Part shown: one piece after another, positions 24,039 through 35,947 of the stretch
How positions within the stretch are numbered: the stretch's first letter is position 1
Layout: each line of letters opens with the position of its first letter
Assembly (NCBI GenBank): GCA_032718475.1
Contig: JAUCBJ010004402.1
Span: forward strand, 1-64,000
Length of the DNA: 64,000 nucleotides
Reading direction: 5' to 3'
Source of the DNA: Nemertoderma westbladi
Lineage: Eukaryota > Animalia > Xenacoelomorpha
Program-made: the position numbers and the translations under genes
The notes under the pieces: generated by a model
Seen by the model: only the letters and a program-made list of their open reading frames with translations
What the model was told of the DNA's origin: nothing
The model's database searches: none

Positions 24039-25219
24039 TGTACGCGCTTTTGAAGACCTTTAGCAGTTTAACCTGCCAAAATTTATATGTCTTTTGGTTT
24101 ATAAATAGACTTTAGAAATTGACAAATATTTAATACCAATAAACACAACATTAGCAGAAGCCAGCCTAGTGCGCGTCCATTCACCCGCTGGATATACCCG
24201 GGAGACTGGATTCTGAGGGCTTAGATTATTATTGCAGTGTAAGCTTACTGTATTATTCGATTGATCGTTAATAAATAATTTCTGACTAATATTATTCACT
24301 TTCGGGAAATATTAACAGTTCCTTTAGGACGTGGCGCCCTATCTAGGTAAACAGAGATATGACTTATACTAATCACAACGGTAAGTCGGTAAGGCTTATG
24401 ATTCACGTATGAGGCGCATTCTTTAGGAAATGCTTAGTTATCAGTCACAATCATGCACACTACCGGTAACACACAATACTGCTCCCTAATTTGCCGACCG
24501 TCAATGAATTTTATCATATATAAAGAGAACAGCAACTGACTCATGTAGTGCTTATCAAATAGCATTAAATTCACTACAAACCACAATAATATAAGTCGCA
24601 ATCGCTATATGTAACCTGTCTCTCTAACCTGTAGTGTATCAAGAAAATTGGGAAATTTGGGTTCTTTATAAATGTTCTCCAAATAATATTCAACCAACTG
24701 ATACAAAATATGACAACAGTAAAAAGCATTAAGACGGTAGGTTAAGATATGATATGACAAGATTGATATGACTGGACTGATAACAGTTATACGCTCTATA
24801 ATCTTAAGCCTACTAATGTTTCTTCTAAAGTCTGAAACGAATTGACTCTAGAGCCGGTGTTCCTGGCCTAGATAGAAACAACACAACAGTATCAAGAAAA
24901 ACAGTAAGACTGAACACTCCTAGCACGATCGGCCAAATATCTCCACATCGACAGAAAAAATCGCTCTGATTGGCTGTTAAGCTAAACAAAGAACCATGTG
25001 TCCAATGGCCGTTTCCATGTCAGCAACCAGCTGTTAGATGTCGTAATCTGAATCATCAAGGCTAAGCTGTGCCAGGGTATTTGACGCATTTGCGGGTTTT
25101 TTGCCTTACCATGTCCGCCAAAGCACACATACAGAAGAATGACTTTTATGTCCGTTAAAACACCTATAACGGTACTTTGCGGGCGACGGGGACTGAGTAT
25201 ATCCGCAAAAGCTTTTACA
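24039..25219 (-). repeat. 5' LTR (1181 bp)
   Basis: TGTACGCG...TTTTACA, a direct repeat of the left LTR. A CCAAT box lies on the - strand near 24970. Confidence 0.95.
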
Positions 25220-25674
25220 GGTAGTCATGGTAACCTGTGAAGGAGTGTTGTCTGAAATGCCATTTAGATGTCACTTGTCATTTTAAAGTGATTTGTAGTC
25301 ACATCTTGATTGTTTTTTATTGGCATAAATATTTGTTATAAAGTCATTATTTTGAAACAGAGTGGAATGAGATTAAATTGATGAAAAAAAAAATTTCAAA
25401 CATGGGTATATCTTTGGAACCATATATCACCGTTATAACAAAACAGGTTTAGCTCTCAGTATACCAAAATTTTTCAAAACTAATATTCAATAAAATGTGG
25501 CAATTGATTTTTAAAATAATTGTATTGTTCTAGAATGGTAGCTATTTTTCTAAAACATGTCAAATTTCATTTAGCAGCGTTCCCATGGTAACAATAATTA
25601 TATTCCAGAATTTTATGTCACATTTACAATTGTTATTACAGAAGCTATATTTTTCAAAAGATGCGATGAATTTA

Positions 25675-26092
25675 GGCCCCCCTCACACGGAGCAACTTGT
25701 TTCTGAAACTTGTTGCTGGACCCTGTCACACACAGAAACTTGTTGCTGCAACTTGTTTCCGAAACTTGTTTCTGTGTGTGAGGACTCCAGCAACAAGTTT
25801 CTGCAACTTGTTTCCGCAACTTATTTCTGTGTGTGAGGAGTCCAGCAACAAGTTGCTGGAAGTTATATTCCCAGCAACTTTTTTAAAAACGTTTATTACA
25901 TTCCATTTTGATACTAGCTAATATTAGATAATTTGAGTGATGTGATATTATATACAAATGACTGGACATGTTAGCTATTTATTTGGAAATAATTGTTATT
26001 TTCTTCAGCAACAAGTTTCTGTGTGTGAGGGGGTCTAGCAACAAGTTTCAGAAACAAGTTGCAGAAACAAGTTGCTCCGTGTGAGGGGGGCC
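25675..26092. mobile_element. MITE, PIF/Harbinger-like ends
   Basis: TIR GGCCCCCCTCACACGGAGCAACTTGTTTCTG / CAGAAACAAGTTGCTCCGTGTGAGGGGGGCC, flanked by TTA and TAA (TA on both sides), with internal AACTTGTT subrepeats. Confidence 0.85.
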
Positions 26093-29000
26093 TAATATTG
26101 AGTTATTAGAATACTACAGCATGTTTGTTGTTTTAACATTTCCATGACAACATTTTTACCATTTTTACTGTAAAAATAAAAAAGAGAAAATGAAGTATAG
26201 AGTATAGAATTAACGCAACTGTCTCATTTGTGTGATTTTTTAGCCAAACAAATTGACCCCTAAAAAAGATTGCGATTGAGTGTAAACTTTCCCACAACTA
26301 ATATTGTTTATAGTTATTCCTTATTGTACAGTTGGTTGTTTAGTATAAGTTGTTCTTATAAATAGATTCACAAGCATCATATCATAGCGCATCGGGCATT
26401 ACTGAAATAGAAGTGCACTATGGCTGGCACTTAAACTTTTCGACTGACACATTGGCCATTTTTGAAAATACCACAATTTTATAAACCTTGCCAGTGAAAT
26501 CAGCACTTTCTAAAACACCAGTAGCCAAACTATAAGGCCAAATTACCACTTTTGGCTATTTGAAAATTTCGAGCTACTTGTAATTTTGGTGCTCTTTTGG
26601 TGTCTATTATAAAATAAACAATGAAGGTTTTATTCTAATTTCGCTTTCGATTACTAAGAATTAATTCGACTAACCAAGAAAGCATATGGTTTAATGGTTA
26701 TACCGAAGTCTTGATGTATTTTGAGCAATTTTATCAATTGCGTAAAGTGCTGATATGGTATGGGTGCCAGGAACTCCTCATATCTCGAAAACTACTGGAG
26801 CTATTAAATTTTTATTTATCTCATCTGAAAGAGGATATAATCACAGTAATATATAATCTTCAGTAGTAAGATATAATCATCATAGAGTTAGGGACAAGTA
26901 CTTTCGACGCGCTAGACATACTGTTACAGGGGTTCTATCTAAGAGAAATAATTCTAAATTACAGACTTTTTGCGGGCTTTACGGGCTTTACAGCAGCTTG
27001 GCGGGTCGTAGTAGGTCTGATGGTGCATCGCGATGGCTCAAAATTTCAACCCTCTTGGGATCCGTGAAGATATAGATGAAATTTATAGAAATTTTTTTGC
27101 CTAATTTTTTTTACCATTTGGCAACTTTTGTGCACCGGTAGAAATCGAAAAAACTAAAAAACGCACCGCCAGGGTTTTTTCTAAATATGTTAGTGAAATT
27201 TCTAAATGAAAATAGCGATTTCTAAATTTTTTAAACTTTTTTAGAAATATTTCTAAAACTAAATATTGAAAACAACAAATTTCAAAATATAAACTTTACA
27301 ACAGCGTTTGAAATAAAATACCTTTCAATACAAATTTATCATTAACCAAATTTAATTATAATTAATGTTTTCTCATTGGGGTCATTCACCAAAGTCGAAA
27401 ACTTGAATCTCTAAATCTGATTCATCTCTATCAGTTTCATTTGTACTAACTCATAATATCAAATACACTCGTTTGTAGTACCGGTAGCGGTATTGTTTCT
27501 AAGTAAGTAGATTGAAATAGACTGAGTTCAATTATTACAGTAATAATAGTGTTTCACTGACATTCCATTAATTTATTAGACTTCTCAATTTGAAAGACAA
27601 TCTGTAAGGCACTTATTGTACTGTCAACACCCAATGATGTGGAATATTAATTCCTTCACAATAAATTAATGGTTTCAGTTTGCCAAAGCTGTACTAAATA
27701 TGGTAGAAGGCTATAATTAGTTTTTTAATTTATCGATTTATAGTACAGTTATACTAGTTATAGTTAGGAAACTACAGTTTATCTGGTCTAGTATCTTTCC
27801 ATCAATCAGTGTTGTACCACTGATAATATACACTGTACCAGAAATATATACCACTGATAAAACGAAAATTGATTTTCCACAAATCAGACCCGGCAAGTAT
27901 CCAGATTTAAGCTAGTCGGCTAGCGAGCAGAGAAGCAAACAGCCTAACAGTCCACGGTCGGGAGCCGAGCCAACCAACTCCCGTCACACCCCATGTATGA
28001 AAGGAAGAGTGAACCCACATAAATAATAAATAAAAGTTGGAAATCTTTAAACGTATAATAATAATCATCAAATATAGCGGAATTAAATCCAGACTGAAAG
28101 TCTAGAACGACGCAACACCATACCAACAGAAAAGCCGAGAAATTTAAACAACCAATAAAATAAAATTTTATTATAAAAAGACAGGAATATCATATTCGCA
28201 ATTTAAACACAAGATATCGGACAATAATGATACCTACAATTAATTTCGTAGAATCTGGAAATAACGATATGAGAATTAGTTTTGGTACTGATTCTAATGT
28301 ATAATAATTTGCTAAGTATTAAAATAAATAATTAAATAAATAGGTTTCCTTTGTATATTGTTTGGGAAGTAGGAAGGGAAATTTATGAGCTAAATTCTTT
28401 AGTCAAAAAAATTCGAGACATTTTAAATAATCCCCCACCAAGACGAGCTATCCCTTATAACTACACCAATTATTAATAAATATAACTACCGTTTGTCTAA
28501 ACAAACAATCAGTACGGGACGTTAAAATATGGGAAGATGATGTTTAATTAATCATTGTAGCAACGCACAATTATTTCGACAGATAGGCTCACTAAATAAA
28601 TAGTGAAAAATGGGGCAATATGGCTTGCGATATTAGCATCAGCTGTCCGGTAATTAATAGTAACCTACTGCAGTACTAACTAGTGTTACTAGAACTAGAA
28701 ATCTAAACACTAGTAGCCTTGTACCAAATCGGGCCCCTTACTAGTGTGCGTGGGAACTCGGTTAACTTGTGAGATATGTTGAACAGCAATTAATCTGATT
28801 GTTTTAAGTGTTACATTCCTTAATAATGGACCCATTCCACTCATAGACACTATCATTCCACTCGCTATTACACTGAACACAAGTCACTGCGGAGATGTGC
28901 CGCTATTTACCTTTTTTTATTTTCTATTTAACGTAAAACTTTATACTTTATATTATCGAATCTTCCGAGTCTGACAAACCCGTAATGGTTTCAGATTTAT

Positions 29001-29137
29001 TTTCCATCGATGTGATAAATATAATTCCCATGTAGTATACGCAGTAACCGAAATCACTTTCGAATTTGCTTTGCAAAAATATGATTTAAAACAAAAGTTA
29101 CAATAGAAATCGGAAAAGGACAATAGCGAAAATAAAT

Positions 29138-29610
29138 CCGCCATTTTGAGTGAAATAATATTGTAAAGCCAAAAATCTTCAAGAATGAATTTACCAAAAT
29201 AAACCATCGGGAATAATCGTAACCGGATGTCCCGGACATCCCTAATCGTAACCAGAAAATAATTGTTTTGGAATATTTCCATTGCAACAGAAAAACAAAA
29301 TGGATAATTTACTAAACAAAGCTAACCAGAATCACTAACAGTAAACTTTAGTATCCGTAATTATTGAGAAAATCAAATATAAATCAACAAGTATCTTCTC
29401 CACATATAAATTAAATATTTAATATAAAGATATTTCTTACCGATACATTAATTTCAACTAACTTTTAAGTTTCAGTCAACCGCAATATTTTAGTGCAAAA
29501 CGGTTAAAATGAAAGCTGATACGCCAACGATGACGTCATTGGTAACACGTCCACGTCACAAGACTAACACAGACAGTACGTAGCAGCCGCGCGCGCCCCC
29601 TTCCGGGCAC
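29138..29610 (-). promoter_or_regulatory. Possible promoter-like motif cluster
   Basis: CRE TGACGTCA at 29531-29538 with adjacent ATTGG, a CpG-rich patch with CTTCCGG near 29600, YY1-type CCGCCATTTT at 29138-29147, and a GTAAGA donor-like site on the - strand near 29440. No linked CDS was seen. Confidence 0.25.
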
Positions 29611-29612
29611 TA

Positions 29613-29771
<159 letters not shown>

Positions 29772-29995
29772 CTAAAAGGAAATAATAATTTATATTAAAT
29801 ATATAAAAGGTTATCTGAAAGGGTAAATAATTAAGTGAAATTGTATCAGTAAAATGGGAGTTGGAAATATGACTTATGCAACCCACCCACATCCCAATCC
29901 GAGAATAAATTACCCTATGGATGTGGTTGATGACGTCTACCACTAAATGGGCATTTGCGGCCCAAATGACGACCTCAAAATATCAGTGGAAGTTA

Positions 29996-31167
29996 TGCGA
30001 TATATAGTGCGATATATAGTGCGACATGTACTGCGATATGTAGTGCGATATGTAGCGCGATATGTATTGCTATATATGGTGCGATATGTAGTGCGATATG
30101 TAGTGCGATATATAGTGCGATATGTAGTGCGATATGTAGTACTATATATAGTGCGATATATAGTGCGATATGTAGTGCTATATATAGTGCGACATGTAGT
30201 GCGATATGTAGTGCGATATGTAGTGCGATATATAGTGCGATATATAGTGCGATATGTAGTGCGATATGTAGTGCGAAATATAGTGCGATATATAGTGCGA
30301 TATTTAGTGCGATATGTATTGCGATATATAGTGCGATATATAGTGCGATATGTATTGCGATATGTAGTGCGATATGTAGTGCGATATATAGTGCGATATG
30401 TACTGCGATATGTAGTGCGATAAATAGTGCGATATGTAGTGCGATATATAGTGCGATATGTAGTGCGATATGTAGTACTATATATAGTGCGATATATAGT
30501 GCGATATGTAGTGCTATATATAGTGCGACATGTAGTGCGATATGTAGTGCGATATGTAGTGCGATATATAGTGCGATATATAGTGCGATATGTAGTGCGA
30601 TATGTAGTGCGAAATATAGTGCGATATATAGTGCGATATTTAGTGCGATATGTATTGCGATATATAGTGCGATATATAGTGCGATATTTAGTGCGATATG
30701 TATTGCGATATATACTGCGATATATAGTGCGATATGTAGTGCGATATGTAGTGCGATATATAGTGCGATATGTAGTGCGATATGTAGTGCAATATGTAGT
30801 ACAATATATAGTGCGATATATAGTGCGATATGTAGTGCGATATGTAGCGCGATATGTAGTGCGATATGTAGTGCGATATATAGTGCGATATGTAGTGCGA
30901 TATGTATTGCAATATAAACTGCGATATATAGTGCGATATGTAGTGCGAAATATAGTGCGATATATAGTGCGATATATAGTGCGATATGTAGTGCGATATA
31001 TAGTGCGATATGTAGTGCGATATGTAGTGCGATATATAGTGCGATATGTAGTGCGATATGTAGTGCGATATGTAGTGCGATATGTAGTGCAATATGTATT
31101 GCTATATGTAGTGCGATATGTAGTGCGATATGTAGTGCGATATGTAGTGCGATATGTAGTGCGATAT
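29996..31167. repeat. 12-bp satellite (TAGTGCGATATR)n, left block, ~98 units
   Basis: Directly visible tandem array. Confidence 0.97.
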
Positions 31168-32625
31168 AAAACAAGGTGCACCCCTAAACGGGGTAAAAGG
31201 TTTATTCTTTTATACAGGTGGAGCAATAAGTTTAAAATTAATTAAAAATTTTACAATTAGTTGGAATGAAATACGATTCAGTACGAATATCAAAGTCTCA
31301 TGGCTGTGGTGAACCAATATTTTTCTTTTTAGTGATCTGGGTGGCTGGCCAGTTCTGTCAGAGAGGGGCAGCAATCGCAGTTGAGAGCGTGGTATCTGTC
31401 CACGGCTGAGTTCCTACAATATTTACAAATACATTGCGATGACAGCTCGTGGAAAGGGGTGCAGGTCAAGCAGATGAGGTAGTGAAACCCATGGGCGGTT
31501 GCCCTGGTGACAGTGTGCCGGTTTCTCTGCTGTGAGGATTTCCAACTCGAAGTTGTGAAGGCTGGGCCTCTTGTGTAACCCTGGCGGTTGAAGTTTTCTG
31601 AGCGTTCGGTTCGGTAAGAGCGATATTGGTCTAATGCTGTAGGGTTGAATAGCGTGGGGTTTACGATAAGGAGATCTTCAATGAATGTTTTTTCACCTAT
31701 AGCTTTAATGGCCATGGTTGTCGATGAGTTGGATGGTAGGGAGAGCACCCTTTTAATAAACTTTGATTTGATTTTATCCAGTTCTTTCATGTGTGCAACT
31801 GTAAAGAAGCAACCGATCCCTACAAGACCATATGATACCATTGGCTGTATTTTCATTGCGAAGATCTTCATTGCGGTACATATTGACAGTCTGTTTAAAT
31901 TTCGAAGACAACCAATCGCTGCATAAGATTTCCGTTTTCTTTTGTTAACATGTTTGGTAAAAGTGAGGGTCGGTTGCAAGGTTATGCCAAGATATTCGTA
32001 TTCATTGCAGATGAGAACTTCTTTTCCCCCGTAGTAGAATTTATCGTTAATACACAGCCGGCCACCTTTACGGAACTTCATTATTTTTGTTTTAGAGAGG
32101 TTCACTTCCATTGAATTATTTATACACCATTTTTCTAGGGCATCAAGACCGCGTTGGATAACTTGTGGATTCGAAGAATAAAAGGCTAGATCGTCCGCAA
32201 AGAATATGAATCGTATCGCTCTCGATATTGCACGGAGTGCAGTTGCGAGGCTGGTAATAAAAATTATGAAGCAAGTTGGGGAGAATGAGTCTCCTTGCAG
32301 AATTCCTCGCAACTGTGTGATCGGTTTTGATAGGCTGAAACCGTCGGATATTTTTATTGTATTTGTTAATAATGCCTTAATGAAGCCGAATAATTTCCCC
32401 TTTATTTCGAAATCGTTATATATCTTGCCAAGGAGCAAGGCTCGGTTCACTAGGTCGAATGCATTTTTAAAATCAACAAAGGCTACATACATTACACGGT
32501 CTTCTTTTGAGTGAAGGGCTTTGTTAATATCTGAGACGAGTTTCCTTATTGCTTGCATATTTAATCTCCCTGGTATAAATCCATATTGCTCATCTGGGAA
32601 CAGGTGGGATATGTTCCGTTGAACC
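31168..32625 (-). mobile_element. 5'-truncated non-LTR retrotransposon (RT + C-terminal Cys/His motif) inserted in the satellite; clade uncertain
   Basis: The frame is open from the junction (FPDEQYGFIPGR) through AFVDFKNAFDLV, GILQGDSFSP, FFADDL, YLGITL and CKYC..H..C to the stop at 31329. AATAAA on the - strand at 31201-31206. Confidence 0.9.
31329..32558 (-). CDS. Reverse transcriptase (LINE ORF2 C-terminal part)
   Basis: 409-aa ORF with the non-LTR RT motifs, including FADD. Confidence 0.88.
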   Translation of the reverse strand: MQAIRKLVSDINKALHSKEDRVMYVAFVDFKNAFDLVNRALLLGKIYNDFEIKGKLFGFIKALLTNTIKISDGFSLSKPITQLRGILQGDSFSPTCFIIFITSLATALRAISRAIRFIFFADDLAFYSSNPQVIQRGLDALEKWCINNSMEVNLSKTKIMKFRKGGRLCINDKFYYGGKEVLICNEYEYLGITLQPTLTFTKHVNKRKRKSYAAIGCLRNLNRLSICTAMKIFAMKIQPMVSYGLVGIGCFFTVAHMKELDKIKSKFIKRVLSLPSNSSTTMAIKAIGEKTFIEDLLIVNPTLFNPTALDQYRSYRTERSENFNRQGYTRGPAFTTSSWKSSQQRNRHTVTRATAHGFHYLICLTCTPFHELSSQCICKYCRNSAVDRYHALNCDCCPSLTELASHPDH

Positions 32626-35600
32626 CGATATGTATTGCAATATATACTGCGATATATAGTGCGATATGTAGTGCGATATGTAGCGCGATATGTAGTGCGA
32701 TATATAGTGCGATATATAGTGCGATATGTAGTGCGATATGTAGTGCGATATGTAGTGCGATATATAGTGCGATATTTAGTGCGATATGTAGTGCCATATG
32801 TAGTGCGATTTATAGTGCGATATATAGTGCGATATGTAGTGCGATATGTAGTGCGATATGTAGTGCGATATATAGTGCGATATTTAGTGCGATATGTAGT
32901 GCCATATGTAGTGCGATTTATAGTGCGATATGTAGTGCGATATGTAGTGCGATATATAGTGCGATATGTAGCGCGATATGTATTGCTATATATGGTGCGA
33001 TATATAGTGCGATATATAGTGCGATATGTAGCGCGATATGTATTGCTATATATGGTGCGATATATAGTGCGATATTTAGTGCGATATGTAGTGCCATATG
33101 TAGTGCGATTTATAGTGCGATATGTAGTGCGATATGTAGTGCGATATGTAGTGCGATATGTAGTGCGATATGTAGTGCGATATGTATTGCAATATATACT
33201 GCGATATATAGTGCGATATGTAGTGCGATATGTAGCGCGATATGTAGTGCGATATATAGTGCGATATATAGTGCGATATGTAGTGCGATATGTAGTGCGA
33301 TATGTAGTGCGATATATAGTGCGATATTTAGTGCGATATGTAGTGCCATATGTAGTGCGATTTATAGTGCGATATGCAGTGCGATATGTAGTGCGATATG
33401 TAGTGCGATATATAGTGCGATATGTAGCGCGATATGTATTGCTATATATGGTGCGATATATAGTGCGATATATAGTGCGATATATAGTGCGATATGTAGT
33501 GCGATATATAGTGCGATATATAGTGCGATATGTAGTGCGATATATAGTGCGATATATAGTGCGACATGTAGTGCGATATGTAGTGCTATATATAGTGCGA
33601 TATGTAGTGCGATATATAGTGCGATATGTAGTGCGATATGTAGTGCGATATGTAGTGCGATATGTAGTGCGATATGTAGTGCGATATGTAGCGCGATATG
33701 TAGTGCGATATGTAGTGCGATATGTAGTGCGATATGTAGTGCGATATGTAATGCTATATATAGTGCGATATGTAGCGCGATATGTATTGCTATATATGGT
33801 GCGATATATAGTGCGATATTTAGTGCGATATGTAGTGCCATATGTAGTGCGATTTATAGTGCGATATGTAGTGCGATATGTAGTGCGATATGTAGTGCGA
33901 TATGTAGTGCGATATGTAGTGCGATATGTATTGCAATATATACTGCGATATATAGTGCGATATGTAGTGCGATATGTAGCGCGATATGTAGTGCGATATA
34001 TAGTGCGATATATAGTGCGATATGTAGTGCGATATGTAGTGCGATATGTAGTGCGATATATAGTGCGATATTTAGTGCGATATGTAGTGCCATATGTAGT
34101 GCGATTTATAGTGCGATATGTAGTGCGATATGTAGTGCGATATGTAGTGCGATATATAGTGCGATATGTAGCGCGATATGTATTGCTATATATGGTGCGA
34201 TATATAGTGCGATATATAGTGCGATATATAGTGCGATATGTAGTGCGATATATAGTGCGATATATAGTGCGATATGTAGTGCGATATATAGTGCGATATA
34301 TAGTGCGACATGTAGTGCGATATGTAGTGTTATATTTAGTGCGATATGTAGTGCGATATATAGTGCGATATGTAGTGCGATATGTAGTGCGATATGTAGT
34401 GCGATATGTAGTGCGATATGTAGTGCGATATGTAGCGCGATATGTAGTGCTATATGTAGTGCGATATGTAGTGCGATATGTAGTGCGATATGTAATGCTA
34501 TATATAGTGCGATATGTAGTACGATATGTAGTGCGATAAATAGTGCGATATGTAGTGCGATATGTAATGCTATATATAGTGCGATATGTAGTACGATATG
34601 TAGTGCGATAAATAGTGCGATATGTAGTGCGATATGTAGTGTGATATGTAGTGCGATATGTAATGCTATATATAGTGCGATATGTAGTACGATATGTAGT
34701 GCGATAAATAGTGCGATATGTAGTGCGATATGTAATGCTATATATAGTGCGATATGTAGTGCGATATATAGTGCGATATATAGTACGATATGTAGTGCGA
34801 TATATAGTGCGATATGTAGTGCGATATGTATTGCGATATGTAGTACGATATGTAGCGCGATAAATAGTGCGATATGTAGTGCGATATGTAGTGCGATATG
34901 TAGTGCGATATGTAATGCTATATATAGTGCGATATGTAGTACGATATGTAGTGCGATAAATAGTGCGATATGTAGTGCGATATGTAATGCTATATATAGT
35001 GCGATATGTAGTACGATATGAAGTGCGATAAATAGTGCGATATGTAGTGCGATATGTAGTGTGATATGTAGTGCGATATGTAATGCTATATATAGTGCGA
35101 TATGTAGTACGATATGTAGTGCGATAAATAGTGCGATATGTAGTGCGATATGTAATGCTATATATAGTGCGATATGTAGTACGATATGTAGTGCGATAAA
35201 TAGTGCGATATGTAGTGCGATATGTAGTGCGATATGTAGTGCGATATGTAATGCTATATATAGTGCGATATGTAGTACGATATGTAGTGCGATAAATAGG
35301 CGATATGTAGTGCGATATGTAGTGCGATATGTAGTGCGATATGTAATGCTATATATAGTGCGATATGTAGTGCGATATGTAGTGCGATAAATAGTGCGAT
35401 ATGTAGTGCGATATGTAGTGCGATATTTAGTGCGATATGTAATGCTATATATAGTGCGATATGTAGTGCGATATGTAGTGCGATAAATAGTGCGATATGT
35501 AGTGCGATATGTAGTGCGATATGTAGTGCGATATGTAATGCTATATATAGTGCGATATGTAGTGCGATATATAGTGCGATATGTAGTGCGATATGTATTG

Positions 35601-35947
35601 CGTTATGTAGTACGATATGTAGTGCGATAAATAGTGCGATATGTAGTGCGATATGTAGTGCGATATGTAATGCTATATATAGTGCGATATGTAGTACGAT
35701 ATGTAGTGCGATAAATAGTGCGATATGTAGTGCGATATGTAGTGCGATATGTAATGCTATATATAGCGCGATATGTAGTGCGATATATAGTGCGATATGT
35801 AGTGCGATATATAGTGCGATATGTAGTGCGATATGTAGTGCCATATGTAGTGCGATTTATAGTGCGATATATAGTGCGATATGTAGTGCGATATGTAGTG
35901 CGATATGTAGTGCGATATGTAGTGCGATATATAGTGCGATATATATA
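32626..35947. repeat. 12-bp satellite (TAGTGCGATATR)n, right block, ~275 units
   Basis: Same unit and orientation as 29996-31167. Confidence 0.97.

Larger units (their letters stand above)
12813..25219 (-). mobile_element. Bel/Pao LTR retrotransposon, non-autonomous (gag + protease retained; RT and integrase deleted; extra 3' ORF)
   Basis: TG...CA LTRs at 12813-14373 and 24039-25219, 5-bp TSD GGTAG (12808-12812 / 25220-25224), Bel/Pao gag and protease motifs, and a purine-rich GGGAGCGG on the - strand abutting the 3' LTR. Confidence 0.95.

Noticed and set aside
26416-26423. CACTATGG as a Transib-like terminus
   Set aside because: No matching opposite end or TSD was found.
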